Shown here in pieces: positions 34,950 through 51,689 of a stretch of 64,000 nt of DNA. The notes under the pieces were generated by a model that did not search any database, was not told where the DNA came from, and saw only the letters and a program-made list of their open reading frames with translations. Each line of letters opens with the position of its first letter. Position 1 is the stretch's first letter. The position numbers and the translations under genes are program-made. Source of the DNA: Chrysemys picta bellii (lineage: Eukaryota). Location of the stretch: positions 54,746,001-54,810,000 of the forward strand of contig NC_088803.1 of NCBI RefSeq assembly GCF_011386835.1, read 5' to 3'.

Positions 34950-35340
34950 GGATTCGCTGGGTGGTCGGGGCCGGGGAGGAGAAGGCTGTTGCGGTTGGGT
35001 GCTCTGCGCACGGGGTTCCGGGACATCCGGAGTGGGAGAGAGGGATGGATCCGGATTGGTTGGGTGCTGCTGTGTGTTCAGGATTAACTCCGGATTGGGC
35101 GGCGGAGGCGGATCTAGACGAGGCACCGCGCACAGAAGGAGCCCGGTCGGGATCAGCCAGCCCGGGCTGGGCAGGATCCGGGTTCCCGGGCGGAGGCGGA
35201 GCTGCGCAGGGAGGCTCCAAGGAGGAGCCGCGGCCGAGCGGCCATCGCAGCCTGGACCGCGGCCCCGGTGAGCAGCTCGGGGGGCCGGGGAGCGGCTCCG
35301 GGATAGTGCGGCCCGGCCGGCCCTGCGCTCCCGCGGGCAG
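34950..35340 (+). promoter_or_regulatory. SNX21 CpG-island promoter and probable non-coding exon 1
   Basis: CpG-rich; donor CCG|GTGAGC at 35267/35268; downstream acceptor CTCCTGCAG ends at 36062. Confidence 0.6.
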
Positions 35341-35345
35341 CCCGG

Positions 35346-35535
35346 CCCTACTGACCCCCAGCCCCCGCCCCACTGACCCCCAGCCGCCGCCCCCGCCCCA
35401 CTAACCCCCAACCGCCGCCCCCGCCCCACTGACCCCCAGCCGCCGCCCCCGCCCCACTGACCCCCAGCCACCGCCCCCTTCCCATTGACCCCCAACCGCC
35501 GCCACCCCACTGACCTCCTGCCCCATTAACCCCCT
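35346..35535. repeat. ~28-bp C-rich minisatellite, about 7 copies
   Basis: Unit CCCCACTGACCCCCAGCCGCCGCCCCCG; anchor A at 35372, 35400, 35428, 35456 and 35484. Confidence 0.9.
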
Positions 35536-36079
35536 AGTTGCCTCTGCCGTCTCTGATTGACCCCTGCCCCCTCCCCATTGGCCCCCGCTCCCTCCATGGG
35601 GCACTGAGCTCGCTGCCCCCGCAGCCTGGCAGCTCGTGGCGGGTGCCAGGCAAGCAGAGGGGGCAGCGACCCCGCTGGGGCTGGGGGCAGGCTCGGTGCC
35701 GCAGGGAGTGTCTGTGTCCTGGGGCCTCGTTTCCCTGCAAGTTTGTAGCGAAAACCACAAAGCCCTTGGAGCGGCTGAGTGGGAAGCTCCTGACTGCCCC
35801 TGTCCCCCTCCCGAACCCTGGCCTCAGCCTTGGCCCTACCCCCCCCCCCCATCGCTCAGCCTGTGCCCCCTCCTCTGGGGTCTCCCTGGACTGTGGCAGG
35901 TGCCCCCAGCTCTGACTGCTCACCCTGGTCTCAGCATCTAAAGCGCTATTTCCCTTCTCCCTGCCCGCCTCTGGGTGCAAGCGCCTGCTCCCACGCAGCG
36001 CCTGCTCGCTGGGCAAAACCAGGTTCATTGCCCCCCTTCCTGACCAGCCTCTCCTCCTGCAGCTGCTGAGCTGAGCCCG

Positions 36080-38230
36080 ATGGCCTTCCGCTTCATGCAC
36101 CGCCTGCGGCACGCCCTGGCTGGAGAGGGTGACCTGGAGGGACAGGGTGGAGGCGGCTCAGAGGTGGAGGAATTCCCGGAGAGCTCCGAACTGGAGGATG
36201 ACACTGACGGGCTGTCCACGCGGCTCAGCGGCACCCTGAGCTTCACCAGTAACGAGGAGGAGGAGGAGGCAGAGAATGAGGAGGCCGCTAGCCAGGAGCT
36301 GGGGGATCTGGGTGAGCTGGGGCTGCCCAAGAACCCTGGAGCCATGGAGAATGGAGGCAGGTGCCGGGTCCCCCGTTTACTAGGGTCTGGGGTGGGGGTG
36401 CTGGCCCAGCCAAGATCCTTTTCTGCTGGGGTGGGGATGGAGGCTCTTTTATTCCAGTGGTGCTTGTGAGGCCCAGCCACGGCCCCCTGGTGCTAGGTGC
36501 TGTACAAACCCAGGGCAAAGGCAGCCCCAAGGAGCTTCCAGTCTGAGTGCAAGAGGAGACAGCAGCCGGCGGGGGAGCACAAGGAACCAATGAGACAATC
36601 CAGGCCAGCCTGATGGGCAGTGGGCTCAGGTTGGTTGTGGGCCTCACAGCAATGCACCTGGGAAGGAGGAAGGGAGGGGCTGCTCTGAAGGGTGAGGGCA
36701 GCATGGGAGAAAGCACCAATGTGACACGTATGTGATGTGGGTTGGCATGAGGGGCCAGGGCCAATGGACTGCACGCGCCTGCACCAAACAGGGAGCCCTG
36801 CACTCCCCAGGCCTCTCTCTGCAGGAGGAGAGCCTGGCCCACTGGAGGCGAGTTCTCTCCCTCCCTTAAGCAATGTGGCTGGCCTGCGCCGGCCTGCGCG
36901 GTGAGTGCTTGGCTTGTCTCCGGCGCAGATCCGAGCCCCGCTCCAGCTGAGCGCCAGGGCAGTAACCTCCTGACACGCCAGCTCCAGGACTTCTGGAGGA
37001 GATCGCGCAGCAGCGTCGTTCCCCAGCGGCTGCTCTTCGAGGTCACCAGCACCAGCGTGGTCAGTGAGCGCTCCTCCAAATATGTGGTGAGTGACATCTC
37101 CCGGGGGCCAGGCTGGGACTCTGGAGGGGCTGATGGGGTACAGGCTGCTCAATCCTGCGGGGTGCTGGATGCTTCCCGCTCCTCCCGCAAAGGGAGAAGT
37201 GCTGGGGTCCCAAGCCCCTTGGGAGTGTGCTGCCCTGGGGGCGGAGAGGGAGGGAGGGCGACCGGGGGGGCTGGAGCTGATTCTTGTCTCTGTCTCTCCT
37301 TGTGCTGCTCCGATGGCGCTGGTGGCTCAGACGAGCCTCAGGTAAGTATTGATGCTGTTCCCCAGCCTGCCCCCCTCCCCCTGCTTCTGCCCACCCTCCC
37401 CTGCCCCCCAGGCAGTGGGTCTCTGCTGCCTGTCCCCTTCCCCAGCATGTGCCCACAGGTGCGATCGGTTCGCTGAGCTGCTGTCCCCAGCATTCCCCTC
37501 CCTCGGGCCGAGTCCCGGGCAGACCCTGTGCACCCTCACCGCTCTGCTCCCCCCACAGCTCTACACCATCTACCTGATCCGCTCCGGCCAGTTCGACAAG
37601 GCCCCTGCTGCCATTGCCCGGCGCTACTCGGACTTTGAGAGACTGAACCGGCGCCTGCGCCACCAGTTCGGCTGCGACATGGCGGGCGTCTCCTTCCCCA
37701 GGAAGAGGCTGCGCAGGAACTTCACGGCAGAAACCATTGCCAAGCGGAGCCGGGCCTTTGAGCAGTTCCTGTCCCACCTGTACTCCATCGCCGAGATCCG
37801 CCGCTCCTCCGACTTCCTGGAGTTCTTCTTCCTGCGCGACCTGCAGGCAGCGCAGCGCCTCACCTGCACCGGCATGTACGGCGAGGCCCTGGCCACCTGG
37901 AGCAACGCCTACCGGCTCCAGGACAAGCTGGGCGTCTACAGCTCGGGCCGCTTCCTCCTCACTCTGGCTGGCCTGGTGGTTTGCCACCAGGAGCTGGATG
38001 AGCCGAGTGAGGCTCATCACTACTGCGAGCGGGCGCTGGTGCTCCTGGAGGCCCAACACAGCCACCCCTTGCTGGAGCCCTTCCTTCAGGCCCACATCCA
38101 CCTGTCCTGGAAGGTGGGGAAAGACAAGCGCCAGTCGGAGGCCAGGCTGCAGGGGCTGCAAGGAACGGGGGTGGCTCTGCAGCAGCAGCCCACCCTGAAG
38201 GAGTTCTTGATCAAGGAGGCTTTGGACTGA
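36080..38230 (+). CDS. SNX21: Sorting nexin 21 (PX and PXB/TPR-like domains), 3 coding exons, ~353 aa
   Basis: Exons 36080-36311, 36929-37086, 37559-38230. HRLRHALAG..FPESSELEDD, RQLQDFW..QRLLFEVTS, PX motif RRYSDFERL..FPRKRLRRNFTAETIA; ends LKEFLIKEALD*. AATAAA at 39251-39256. Confidence 0.95.
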
Positions 38231-39426
38231 GTGCCCAGACCCCCAGCACTGGGGCTGTGTGGGGACTGAGCAGCGTGGGTCTCAAGGAAGGAGGCTGCAT
38301 TGTGCATTGGGACTGGAAGAGCAGCAGGGATGGGGTGTGTCTTGAGCCTAGGCCTAGAGGGAGAGCTGCAGGTCGGGCTAAGTGTGCAGTGGCAGGGCTG
38401 TGTCTGGAAGGCGCAGCGGGGAGAGCGGGACGCTGGTGGTGGGGTGGGGTCCTGCACTGGCCCAGCACCTGCCTGTCCTGGGAGCTGGTCTCTGTACTGC
38501 TGACCTGTTCTCTTGGCAACGGCTCGACTCCCGGGGCTGGGCACGCAGCCTCCCTCGTGCCAGGCCGACTCCCCGCAGCCCTTAGGGGAGGGAGCCGCTG
38601 GAACTCGCCAGGCCAGCCTGATACCGTACTAAAGGGATTCGCTGGCTCCAGGCAGAGTCTGGGGCTCTCGTTGGGAACTTCTAACAATACTTGAAGACTT
38701 GGTAGGAAAAGGGGCCGAGACCCCCCAGAGCGGGTTCAGATTAGCCCTCCCCGGCCCCACTGCAAGGAGGCAGCTCTCCAGCCTGGCCCAGGGCAACAGT
38801 GGGGGCTGGGAGGAGAGATCCCCAGGGTGCCCCCCCCCCCCCGTGCCTTGCACTTTGGCTGAGACGTGAAGACACCCAGTCTCTCCCCCTCCCCCTCTGC
38901 CAGGCCTTGCCGTGCTAGGCTACCGGGACTCCCCGGGGCCCCTCGTGGGCCTGCGGCTGGGGCGGGAGAACCGAGAAAGGGAAGCTGCAAGGGCTCTGGC
39001 TGCGCCAGGGAAGAAAGCTGCTGCAGAGACTCCCTGCAGCCTGAGCTCCAGCCCCTCTGGGTCTCCGCCCTCCTCCAGTCCCCCTGGGCGCCCCCTTCGG
39101 CATAGGTCATGGCCACCCCAGGGTGCGGCTGCAGGCAGAGGTATCAACGCCGTGGAGGGGCTGAGTCTCAGTGGGCCATGGAGGCTTTATTAGGGGTAGG
39201 TGGGGGAGGCTGAGGACAGCATCTGACAGGAGACTCTGTAACTAACAGTCAATAAAGCTGATATTCCCGCGGCTTGTGTGTGACTGCGTGATCCCAGCGC
39301 TCACAGGCTGTGCCGAGGCTCCCCACAGCACTGAGATCCTGCTGCCTTGAGGCTCCCAGAGCCTGCTCAAGCCCCTCTCTGCACCCCCAGAGCAGGGGGG
39401 GGATGTGCTGCTGTTGACTTGTCCAG

Positions 39427-42400
39427 CTACAGTTTGCTCTCAGCTGGGCTCTGCGTCACCCTGATGACTCCTTCCTGTGCGCAGGTGACAGCCAGGACTC
39501 CATCCCTGCGCCACAGCCGCCCATGCACCAGCCCTCGGCACCCACCTGCCCGGGAGAGAGAGCAGCCGTTACCCTGTGGCCCAGCAGCTCCCCAGCACCT
39601 GCAGCAGGGGGAGGACTTACCGGCCCAGGGGCTCTCACACTCGTACAGCATCCAGTGGTCAGCTCGGAAGGGGGCGTGGAACCACATGGAGTGGTCGAGG
39701 GACACCATGAACTTGACAGGATGCTGCCGGTGCGGGAGCAGAGCTGTGCCCAGGAAGGCGTAGTCGGAGATGTAGGCAGCCACGCAGCAGTGCAGCTTCA
39801 TATCGCCCTCTCCTGCCAGGCAACCAGAACCACAGCCTTAGAGTTCAGAGGAGCCCTGTCGGGCCATGCTCCTCCTCGCGGAGCGGGGCCCTTGGGGACA
39901 CAGCTGTGGAGCTGCTGGGGCCCAGCTCCCTGAGGAGAGTGGGCCAGGCCCCCCTCCGATGCTGCGCTATACCTGGCCGCTGAGCTGAAGAACATGGTGA
40001 CTGAGCCAGCAGCTGCAAAAGGCGAGTCCCTGCTGCACCCTGAACTGTCGGCCTAGCCTGGGTTAGGGAGGCGGTGGGGATGTGCACACGTTTCTGCCCA
40101 CGGGCCATCACTGGCTTGGGAGCGAGAGGTAGGAGATCACTGGCAGCTCCCCCCCCAGGACAGGGACTCAGCGGTGAGGCTGCACCCAACCCAGACACAG
40201 CGCAAGGACCGGGCCTGCCCCTCCATGCCAGGTGTGGCCAGGCAGGCTCAGCAAGGCAAGGGGGGGGGGGGGGGAATCCAAGTGTGGGTTGAGAGGGTTC
40301 TGTGGGGCAATCTGGGTGCGGGTGGCTCAGTGCGGGATCTGGATGCACAGGGGCTTGTTGAGGGGCTTTGAATGCAATGGGACTCTGCAGGGGGGGTCCA
40401 GGTGAAGGTAGTTAGGGCTCAGCGGGGGAAGGGGGGGTCTGGATGTAGGGGTGATAGAGCTGAGCAGTGGGGGGTCCAGGTGAAGGTAGTTAGGGCTCAG
40501 CGGGGGAAGGGGGGGTCTGGATGTAGGGGTGATAGAGCTGAGCAGTGGGGGGTCCAGGTGCTGGGGGTGTGGGGCTCTGAGTGGGGATCCAGGTGAAACT
40601 GACTGGGGCTTAGTGGGGTGGGAATCCGTGTGGCTCGTCAGGGTGGTCCAGGTGCATAAGGAGTGGGGCTCAGTGGGAGGGTCTGGCAATGAGGGGGTCT
40701 GGATGCACGGGGGTTGCGCGGATGCGTGAGTACCTCCTTGTACAGGGATCCCACCCCCTACAGCTGAGAAGCGAGGGGTGCAGGAAGCAGTGGGGGGAGT
40801 TTGTAGAGCTTCCTGCACCTGGGGGAGAAATCTGGGAGTGGGTCTGACCCGGCCCCAGATGCCCTGTAGGGGAAGAGGAAGTCCCGTCCTCCCCAGCCAG
40901 GACTAGGAGCTGAGCCCACCAGCTGGATCTTCCCTAGTCCTACCCTCTGCCCTACAGTGATTTACCTGGGCACTTGAAACATATGGCTGGGGAGAGTCAC
41001 ATGACCACTCTTGTGGCTTCCCTTTGCTTCCCCATCAGAAAGTCATTTTTCTGCAAGGAAACAAAGAAATCTGCAGGGAACATAAATTCTGCACCTGCGC
41101 AGTGGTGCAGAATTCCCCCAGGAGTAGGCTTCTCTGTAAAACTCTAGACCTACATCTTGGATATGTGGCCAAAGGGCTTCAGACCTCTGCCAAGGTAGCC
41201 GCAGTTACCAATTGCATTGCGGCACTTGGCCCTTAGGATGAAATCCAGGATCATTATTCCCACGTTACAAAGGGGGACACTGGCAAGTGTTGACTAGAAC
41301 TTGCCCTCAGCCACAGAATGAGTCAGTGGTAGAGCTGGGCATAGGCCCCAGGAGTTCTTAGCTACCATTCCCGGCTCACCTTGCTGGGAGCCTGGAGTAG
41401 GTCATGGGGAATGCCCTGGGGGTGCATGCTGGAAGCAGTTACCTAGTCCTTGACACAGGACTTACCAATGTAGCCTCGTGCTCGAACCCAGAACAGCTGC
41501 TTGGGCTCCTGAGACAGCTGACAGAGTATCTCCGGTGGGTTCACAGGCTTGATCTCAATTGGCACCTCCTGGGCCAGAATCTTGTTGAGTCCCAGCCTGT
41601 ATTTCTCCACCAAGTTGGGATCCCTTTAGAAAACAAACACAATGACACGAGTGCTAGATTCCCAGCAAGGGCTGCTGCTGTGAGGTCAGGGCTACAAGGG
41701 CAGCCCAGCTGCTTTGGCGGGGAATCCCCACATCAGCTGCAGTAGTGTCAGCTCACCGCCCCAGGACGCAGGTGCTCTGGCAGAGCTCTCAGGGAGCTCC
41801 CCATTGCCAGACAATCACAGTCGCTCTCCTCCGCTGCTGCTGGACCCCTCCCTCTGGGCTGAGTCCGCTTAGCAGGCTATGCGCTGCCTCTCCCCAACCA
41901 TTCCCCAGCACAGCAAATGAGGGCAGAAACTGTCCTCTCCATTCACTCACTGCAGGTATTTCTGAATTAGCTCTTCTTGAGTCAGCAGCTCCTCCGGAGG
42001 CGGCACAGTGGGCATGGTGAACTGGTGCTGAACGGGGCTTTCCTGGGTCTGCTGGAAGGAGGCCTGGCAGATGAGGATTGGCTTCCCATGCTGAATTGCC
42101 TTCACTGAGCGAACAGAGAAGCTCTTCCCTGTGCGTGTGCGCTCCACCTGGTATAGAACCGGCACCGTGGGATCCCCTGGAACAGAGTAAGGCTGTGTGG
42201 CATGGAGCAACATCTCTGTCCTGGCTATCCAAGGGCAACCTTGAGAGAACTACCACCACATGACAACCACAGGGGAGAGGGATAGCTCAGTGGTTTGAGC
42301 CTTGGCCTGCTAAACCTAGGGTTGTGAGTTCAATCCTTGAAGGGGCCACTTAGGGATCTGGGGCAAAATCGGTACTCACTTCTGCTAGTGAAGGCAGGGG

Positions 42401-45189
42401 CTGGACTCTATGACCTTTCAAGGTCCCTTCCAGTTCTAGGAGATGGGATATCTTCATTTATTTATTGAATACAAGCACCTGAGCCCTGCCAGCTGCTGTC
42501 CGAAGGGGATTACATTTACAGGAGACAGGACCCTCTGCCTGGCCCCCTCATCTGCATTAAGGTCAGGATCTAATCCAGAGCTGCCCTGGAAGCTATCAGC
42601 TGATGCCTCCTCAGGTGAGTTTCCTACCCAAGGATCCCTCAGTGAGGAGTAGTTTCTATGAGGACTCTTTGCTGCCGCTTCTACAGAGGCAGCAATGTCT
42701 GCTTCAGGCTCGCAGTCCCTGGAGGGGACTAGCTTTGCTGGGTGACTAACACAGAGCAGTGCACTAATTCCCACCACCCCTGAGCTCAGGCACTTGACCC
42801 ATTTTACAGCTGTGTAAAACAAGGCAGCGAAGTGCTGTGCAATATGAAATCCCAAACCCCCCACAGATAGGTGCTGTTCCTCCAGGCAGCAAAGGCCCCC
42901 AGATCTGGATGGCTCTGAAGATCATGCATCAACCTCAGCTTACTCTGCATGTACCAGCAAGAGAAGCTCCCTCACTTTACCCCAGCAACAGCTGGGCACT
43001 GCACCGTGATGGGAATATCCAGGGGACTCCACCAGCTCCTACTACAGACCAACATCCTCCCCACCACACTACAGAGACTCCGGGTGAAGTGTTGGCTGGA
43101 GCATCCTTGGCAGATTAACCAGGCAACCCTCTATTCTATGTAAATTCTTATACCGCGCTTGTCACCACAGTATCAGAGCACCTTCCAATCCTCCATTAAG
43201 TGACATGACTATTATGTCATGTGGTGGTAGTTCTCTCCTCCTCTGACCCAGGGGCGAAGTGTCTTGTTTCTGCAGCTACATACAGTAACTCCTCGCTTAA
43301 TGTTGTAGTTATGTTCCTGAAAAATGTGACTTAAGCGAAACGATGTTAAGCAAATTGAATTCCTCCATAAGAATTAATGTAAATAGGGGGGTTAGGTTCC
43401 AGGGAAATTTTTTTTGCCAGACAAAATAAATATTTTTATATACACACACAGGAAGTTTTAAACAAACAACTGAATACTGTACACAGCAATGATGATTGTG
43501 AAGCTTGGGTGAGGTGGTGGAGTCAGAGGGTGGGATATTTCCCAGGGAATGCCTTACTGCTAAATGATGAACTAGCACTTGGCTGAGCCCTCAAGGGTTA
43601 ACACATTGTGTTAATGTAGCCTCACACTCTACAAGGCAGCATGAATGGAGGGAGGAGATACAATAGACACATGGCAGTGGCTGCAAACATTCCCTGCGGA
43701 AACTGAACAGTGATGAAGAACCCATGTTATCCCACGGGAGCGCACCACTCCCTCCACTTTCCAAAGTGCCAGGGGGAGGGGGGCATATGTGTGAGAGACA
43801 GAGAGACACTATGTGTGTGAGAGAGAGACATGCATTGCCCCTTGAAGTACGGTGACCTCACTGTAAGTACATTGCCCTTTTAAGGAGATCAGCAAGTTGA
43901 GACAGCAGCTGCTGACAGCAAGCTCCCTCCCTCTTGAGCCCTGTTGTGTCCTCCCTCCCCCCTGCTCTGTGGAGATGGGGTACAGGAGCAGCAGGAGGGT
44001 GACACCCTGACATCAGCACCCTTCTCCCCCTGCTGCACAGCAAGCAGGAGGCTCCCAGGAGCCACTCCAAGGCAGAGGGCAGGAGCAGCACATGGCAGTA
44101 GGAGGAGGGACAGTGGGGGGAGGCCCAGCAAGTGATAGCCTGCTGGATGGCTGCCGCACAGGGTACTTAGGGGAGCTGATAGGGGGGCTGCCTGCCCACC
44201 GTGGTTCCAAGCCCCCACCACTAGCTCCAATGGGCTGCTCTTCCTGCAAGCAGTGGACAAAGCAGTGGCTGCCAAGTTATATGGGAGCATTGCACAACTT
44301 TAAATGAGCATGTTCTCTAATTGATCAGCGACAAGGAAACAACCTTAACCAGGACGACGTTAAGTGAGGAGTTACTGTATCCCACTCCATGCACGTCGCT
44401 CTTTGTGCTATGATAGCACAGTCAAGATCAAAGAAATGCCCCTTGGACCTGGGCCAGCACCAGCCCCCCCTCCAAACCACCCTCCTGCGGGGGGCGGGGG
44501 ATTTCCTGACCTTGTGTTTACCTGCTCGCACAAAGTAACAGTGCAGGGAGTGCGCATGGACGTCCTCACTCACGGCCTTGGCAGCTGCCACCAGAGCCTG
44601 CCCCACTATCTGCCCGCCAAACAGCCTCCGGGTGACAGGGACCCAGTAGTGCCTCCCTCTGCAGGAAGAGGAAGGAGGCAGAGATCAGTCCGGGGGGCAC
44701 TGGGACCACGGCATGACTCTGGCTTGGGGCTTCGCGGAGCGTCTCTCAGTGCCGGGGTCACTGACCTGCCGTCCACCCGGGGCGGGCGGGGGCGCGGGGA
44801 TCCCCCCCACCCCCCGCTAACGAGCTTGTGCAAAGCGCAGCTCGACGCGAGCTCGGCGGGCGGGAGCCCCGGGGGAGACGCCGAACGGCGCCCCCGCTCC
44901 CCATGGCCCTGCCCCGGCAGCAGTGCGGCCTGCGCCCGGCCGGGGGCCCCGATCCCGCGGAGCTGCGGGGGGAGCCGGGCCCGGGGGCAGCGGGGAGCGG
45001 GGCCGCCCGGCACCTGAACAGATCCAGGTCCAGGGGCTCCAGGCTGAGGACGCTGGTGACCAGGACGCTGCGCAGGTCGCCGGGGGGCGCCGGCTGCTCC
45101 CCCTCGGGCAGGTCCCCGCTCCCGGGAGACTCGGCTCCCGCCCCCGCCGCTGGAACCCGCAACCCGCCGGCGCTCGTGGAGGCCGCCAT
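39427..45189 (-). CDS. ACOT8: Acyl-CoA thioesterase 8 (peroxisomal), 6 exons, 335 aa
   Basis: Exons 45189-45014, 44658-44522, 42176-41951, 41623-41466, 39812-39621, 39545-39427. LFGGQIVGQAL, HSLHCYFVRAGDP, AYISDYAFLGTA, VSLDHSMWFH, AQEG; C-terminal PTS1 SKL*. Minus-strand AATAAA at 39186-39191. Confidence 0.97.
40391..40560. repeat. 78-bp tandem duplication (about 2.2 copies) inside a G-rich interspersed repeat, ACOT8 intron 4
   Basis: TCCAGGTG anchors at 40397, 40475 and 40553; the two full units look identical. Confidence 0.85.
42272..42464 (+). mobile_element. Turtle tRNA-derived polIII/SINE
   Basis: tRNA-like head with A box (TAGCTCAGTGG) and B box (GTTCAATCC), then a CR1-derived tail GACCTTTCAAGGTCCCTTCCAGTTCTA. 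Confidence 0.9.
43283..44377. mobile_element. Tigger-like (Tc1/mariner) non-autonomous element
   Basis: TIRs CAGTAACTCCTCGCTTAA / TTAAGTGAGGAGTTACTG, flanked by TA on both sides. Confidence 0.88.
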
Positions 45190-45600
45190 CTTCTTTAGTC
45201 ACGTGACGCACAGTCCACCAGTAATGGCCTCGCTACAAACCGGAAACGACCTCTAAGGCGGGCTACTAGAGGCTTTAACATTAACACACCCGCTGATTGG
45301 CTGTAGGTCCTGCCCATCATCCTGTACATCCGGTATCTTCTTGAAGAAGCAGGAAGTACCCGCCTAAGAGATGAGGGCGGGACGTGCGATCTGATTGGAC
45401 TGATCAATTGTCCGTCACTAGTCACTTGATTCCCAACGTGTGTGTTGATTGGTGAGGCTGCTGTCAGTCCAGGATCATAGCCTCTGATTGGCCAATTAGC
45501 TGAGGAGGGCGGTGGCTGTGGCTGGGTTAATATGAGCTGAGCTGGCTCACGGACCGTCTCCATCTTCATCATCAGCCGTAGAGGCAGGTGGGGTTGGTCC
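45190..45600. promoter_or_regulatory. ACOT8/ZSWIM3 bidirectional promoter
   Basis: Head-to-head genes next to a CpG island; GTCACGTGAC at 45198-45207; at least four GATTGG boxes; ETS-like CCGGAA / CAGGAAGT. Confidence 0.7.
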
Positions 45601-46074
45601 CGTGCCCAGGGTGAGCCAGAGGCAGGAGCCCCAGTGGGGGGAGGAAGTAGAGGGGCCAATCTGCCTTCCCAGCCCTGGGCTGGTTCCAGGCAGGGGGGAG
45701 CAGGGCTGGTTGAACTGCAGTTGGCCTGGGGCCTGCCCTGGGAGCGGGTCTCCGAGGAGGAGCCCAGTGAAGGTGCTGCTGGGGTGGCAGGGGGAGCAGA
45801 AAGGGTTAAGTTCTGTTACAACTTGGGATGCCCTGTAAAGCTGGGGAAAAGATGGGGGTGGCTACTGGGGCCAAGTAGAAACCCAGGAATCTGCGATGGG
45901 GTTACAAAGGGCCTGGTTCTGAGACACGCAGGACGTTGCCTATAGAAGTTGAGGTGTGTGGAATGCTGTGCCACGAAGCTGGAGTTCTTCTATCCAAGTC
46001 GCATTCCAGCTCTAAACTCAGGGTGAGGCTCCAGAGAGCCTAGAAGTGGCAGTAGAGCACATGCAGGGGACTGA

Positions 46075-50228
<4,154 letters not shown>

Positions 50229-51689
50229 AATGCCAGAGGTTCTGTAGTCAAACTTGGAGATTCGACAAGCTATTAATGGGAGCTGATGGTTTAATCCTCT
50301 CCCAGCCTCTTATGGTTCTCTCCCCATTCCCAGTCCCAGGAGACTCAGGGTTAACTGTTAACTTCCAAGACTGTTTTGATGATCTCAGTAATAAACTTGA
50401 GACTTTCCTGTGTGCTCATGTGTCTTCTCAGACTAGCCATGTTGTGGGGTGGGTTTTTGTTGTTTTTTTGGGGGGTAAGAGATTATAGGTGGTTAGAATA
50501 TGGCAATTCCCACTTGCCAAGTACATGCTAGGTGCCTGTGTGAGAACCTCAGGGCTGCTGCTATCAGGCCAGTAATGCTCCCTGTGGGATGATCTCCTTA
50601 GCCCAGTCATCTGCCACAGAGGCCTGAAAACTCAGCTGAACCTGGTATAGAGGCTTTACACTCAAAACCTGGTTATAGTGATGAAGTTTCCTAACTCACT
50701 ACTTTGGTTTCTGAAAACTAATTCTTGGTTTTTAAATTTGGAGTGAACTTGTTCTCATTGCTTGCTGTGGTAAGACTTTAAAAAAAAAAAAAAGTATTTG
50801 GCTTTGAACAGGCAGAGAGATGCAAGTCCAGCTGCCTTCCTCCCTACATTCTCTGTTGTGCACTATTTAAGGGCTGTGCCCTGCTCTCCTCTAAGTAGCA
50901 GCTGGAAGAAAGTGCAATAATGCGTTTATGGTTTGTACGTTGCTGTTTGTGCTGAGACCACTGCTAGCAGTGGTCAGTTTGCTGCTTTGTATTTAGACCA
51001 AATTAATTGTTAAAATATGGTTCTGACTTTGTTTTGTCATTAAATTTGTTTTCCATTTTGTCTTGGGCCATAGCCTGTCCTTCATGCTTGGCTTAAACTG
51101 CTTCTTTTGCTTATAGTCCCATAGTGGTTTCTAACCAAAAGCATGTGAAGTATTGCTGAGGCAGCTGTCCTCTGCAGTCTTTGAACTTCAGCCCTACAAA
51201 CATGAAATATGTGCCTTCCTCAATTGTATTCAATGTGGAAGTGTCCTAAGGGGAAGTGGTTTGGGAGCTCTGAGTGGAAGGGTTGTTTTAATATTTTTGT
51301 ATACAAATAACTCACTTAGCTGAGGATTTTTGTTTGCTGTAATAGAACCAATGTCCATCCTTGAAAGGAAAGATAAACAGGCCCTTTCTCTTCAGTTGAT
51401 CAGGATTTCCTGCTTTCCTTTGCATACTGCCAGGGGCCTCTTTTCAACTGGGAAACTTGGAATAGCAGCGTGGGGCAATGCCACAGGAAGCAAAACTAAA
51501 TCCCCAGCATGGACTCTTGTCTGCACTAAACTGCTGCTAAGCTATTATCACACTCCAGACCCTATGTTAGTCCATGGTGGCTTTAAGGAGAGCTTTCCCC
51601 ATTGTGCAAGTGTGTGCATGCATAATAGAGGTTATTTTGCCTTTCTGAAAGATCAGCTAAGCTCAGTTTTTGTCCGCTGAAAGTAACAG

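Noticed and set aside
36312-36469. SNX21 exon continuing to the GCAG|GTGCCG donor at 36360
   Set aside because: It gives phase 2, incompatible with the phase-1 acceptor at 36929; the GTGAGC donor at 36312 fits.
37061-38161. 366-aa antisense ORF over SNX21
   Set aside because: A codon-bias mirror of the GC3-rich sense exon.
42272-42345. tRNA gene
   Set aside because: It is the tRNA-derived head of a SINE, fused to a CR1 tail; the copy at 46745 is the same.
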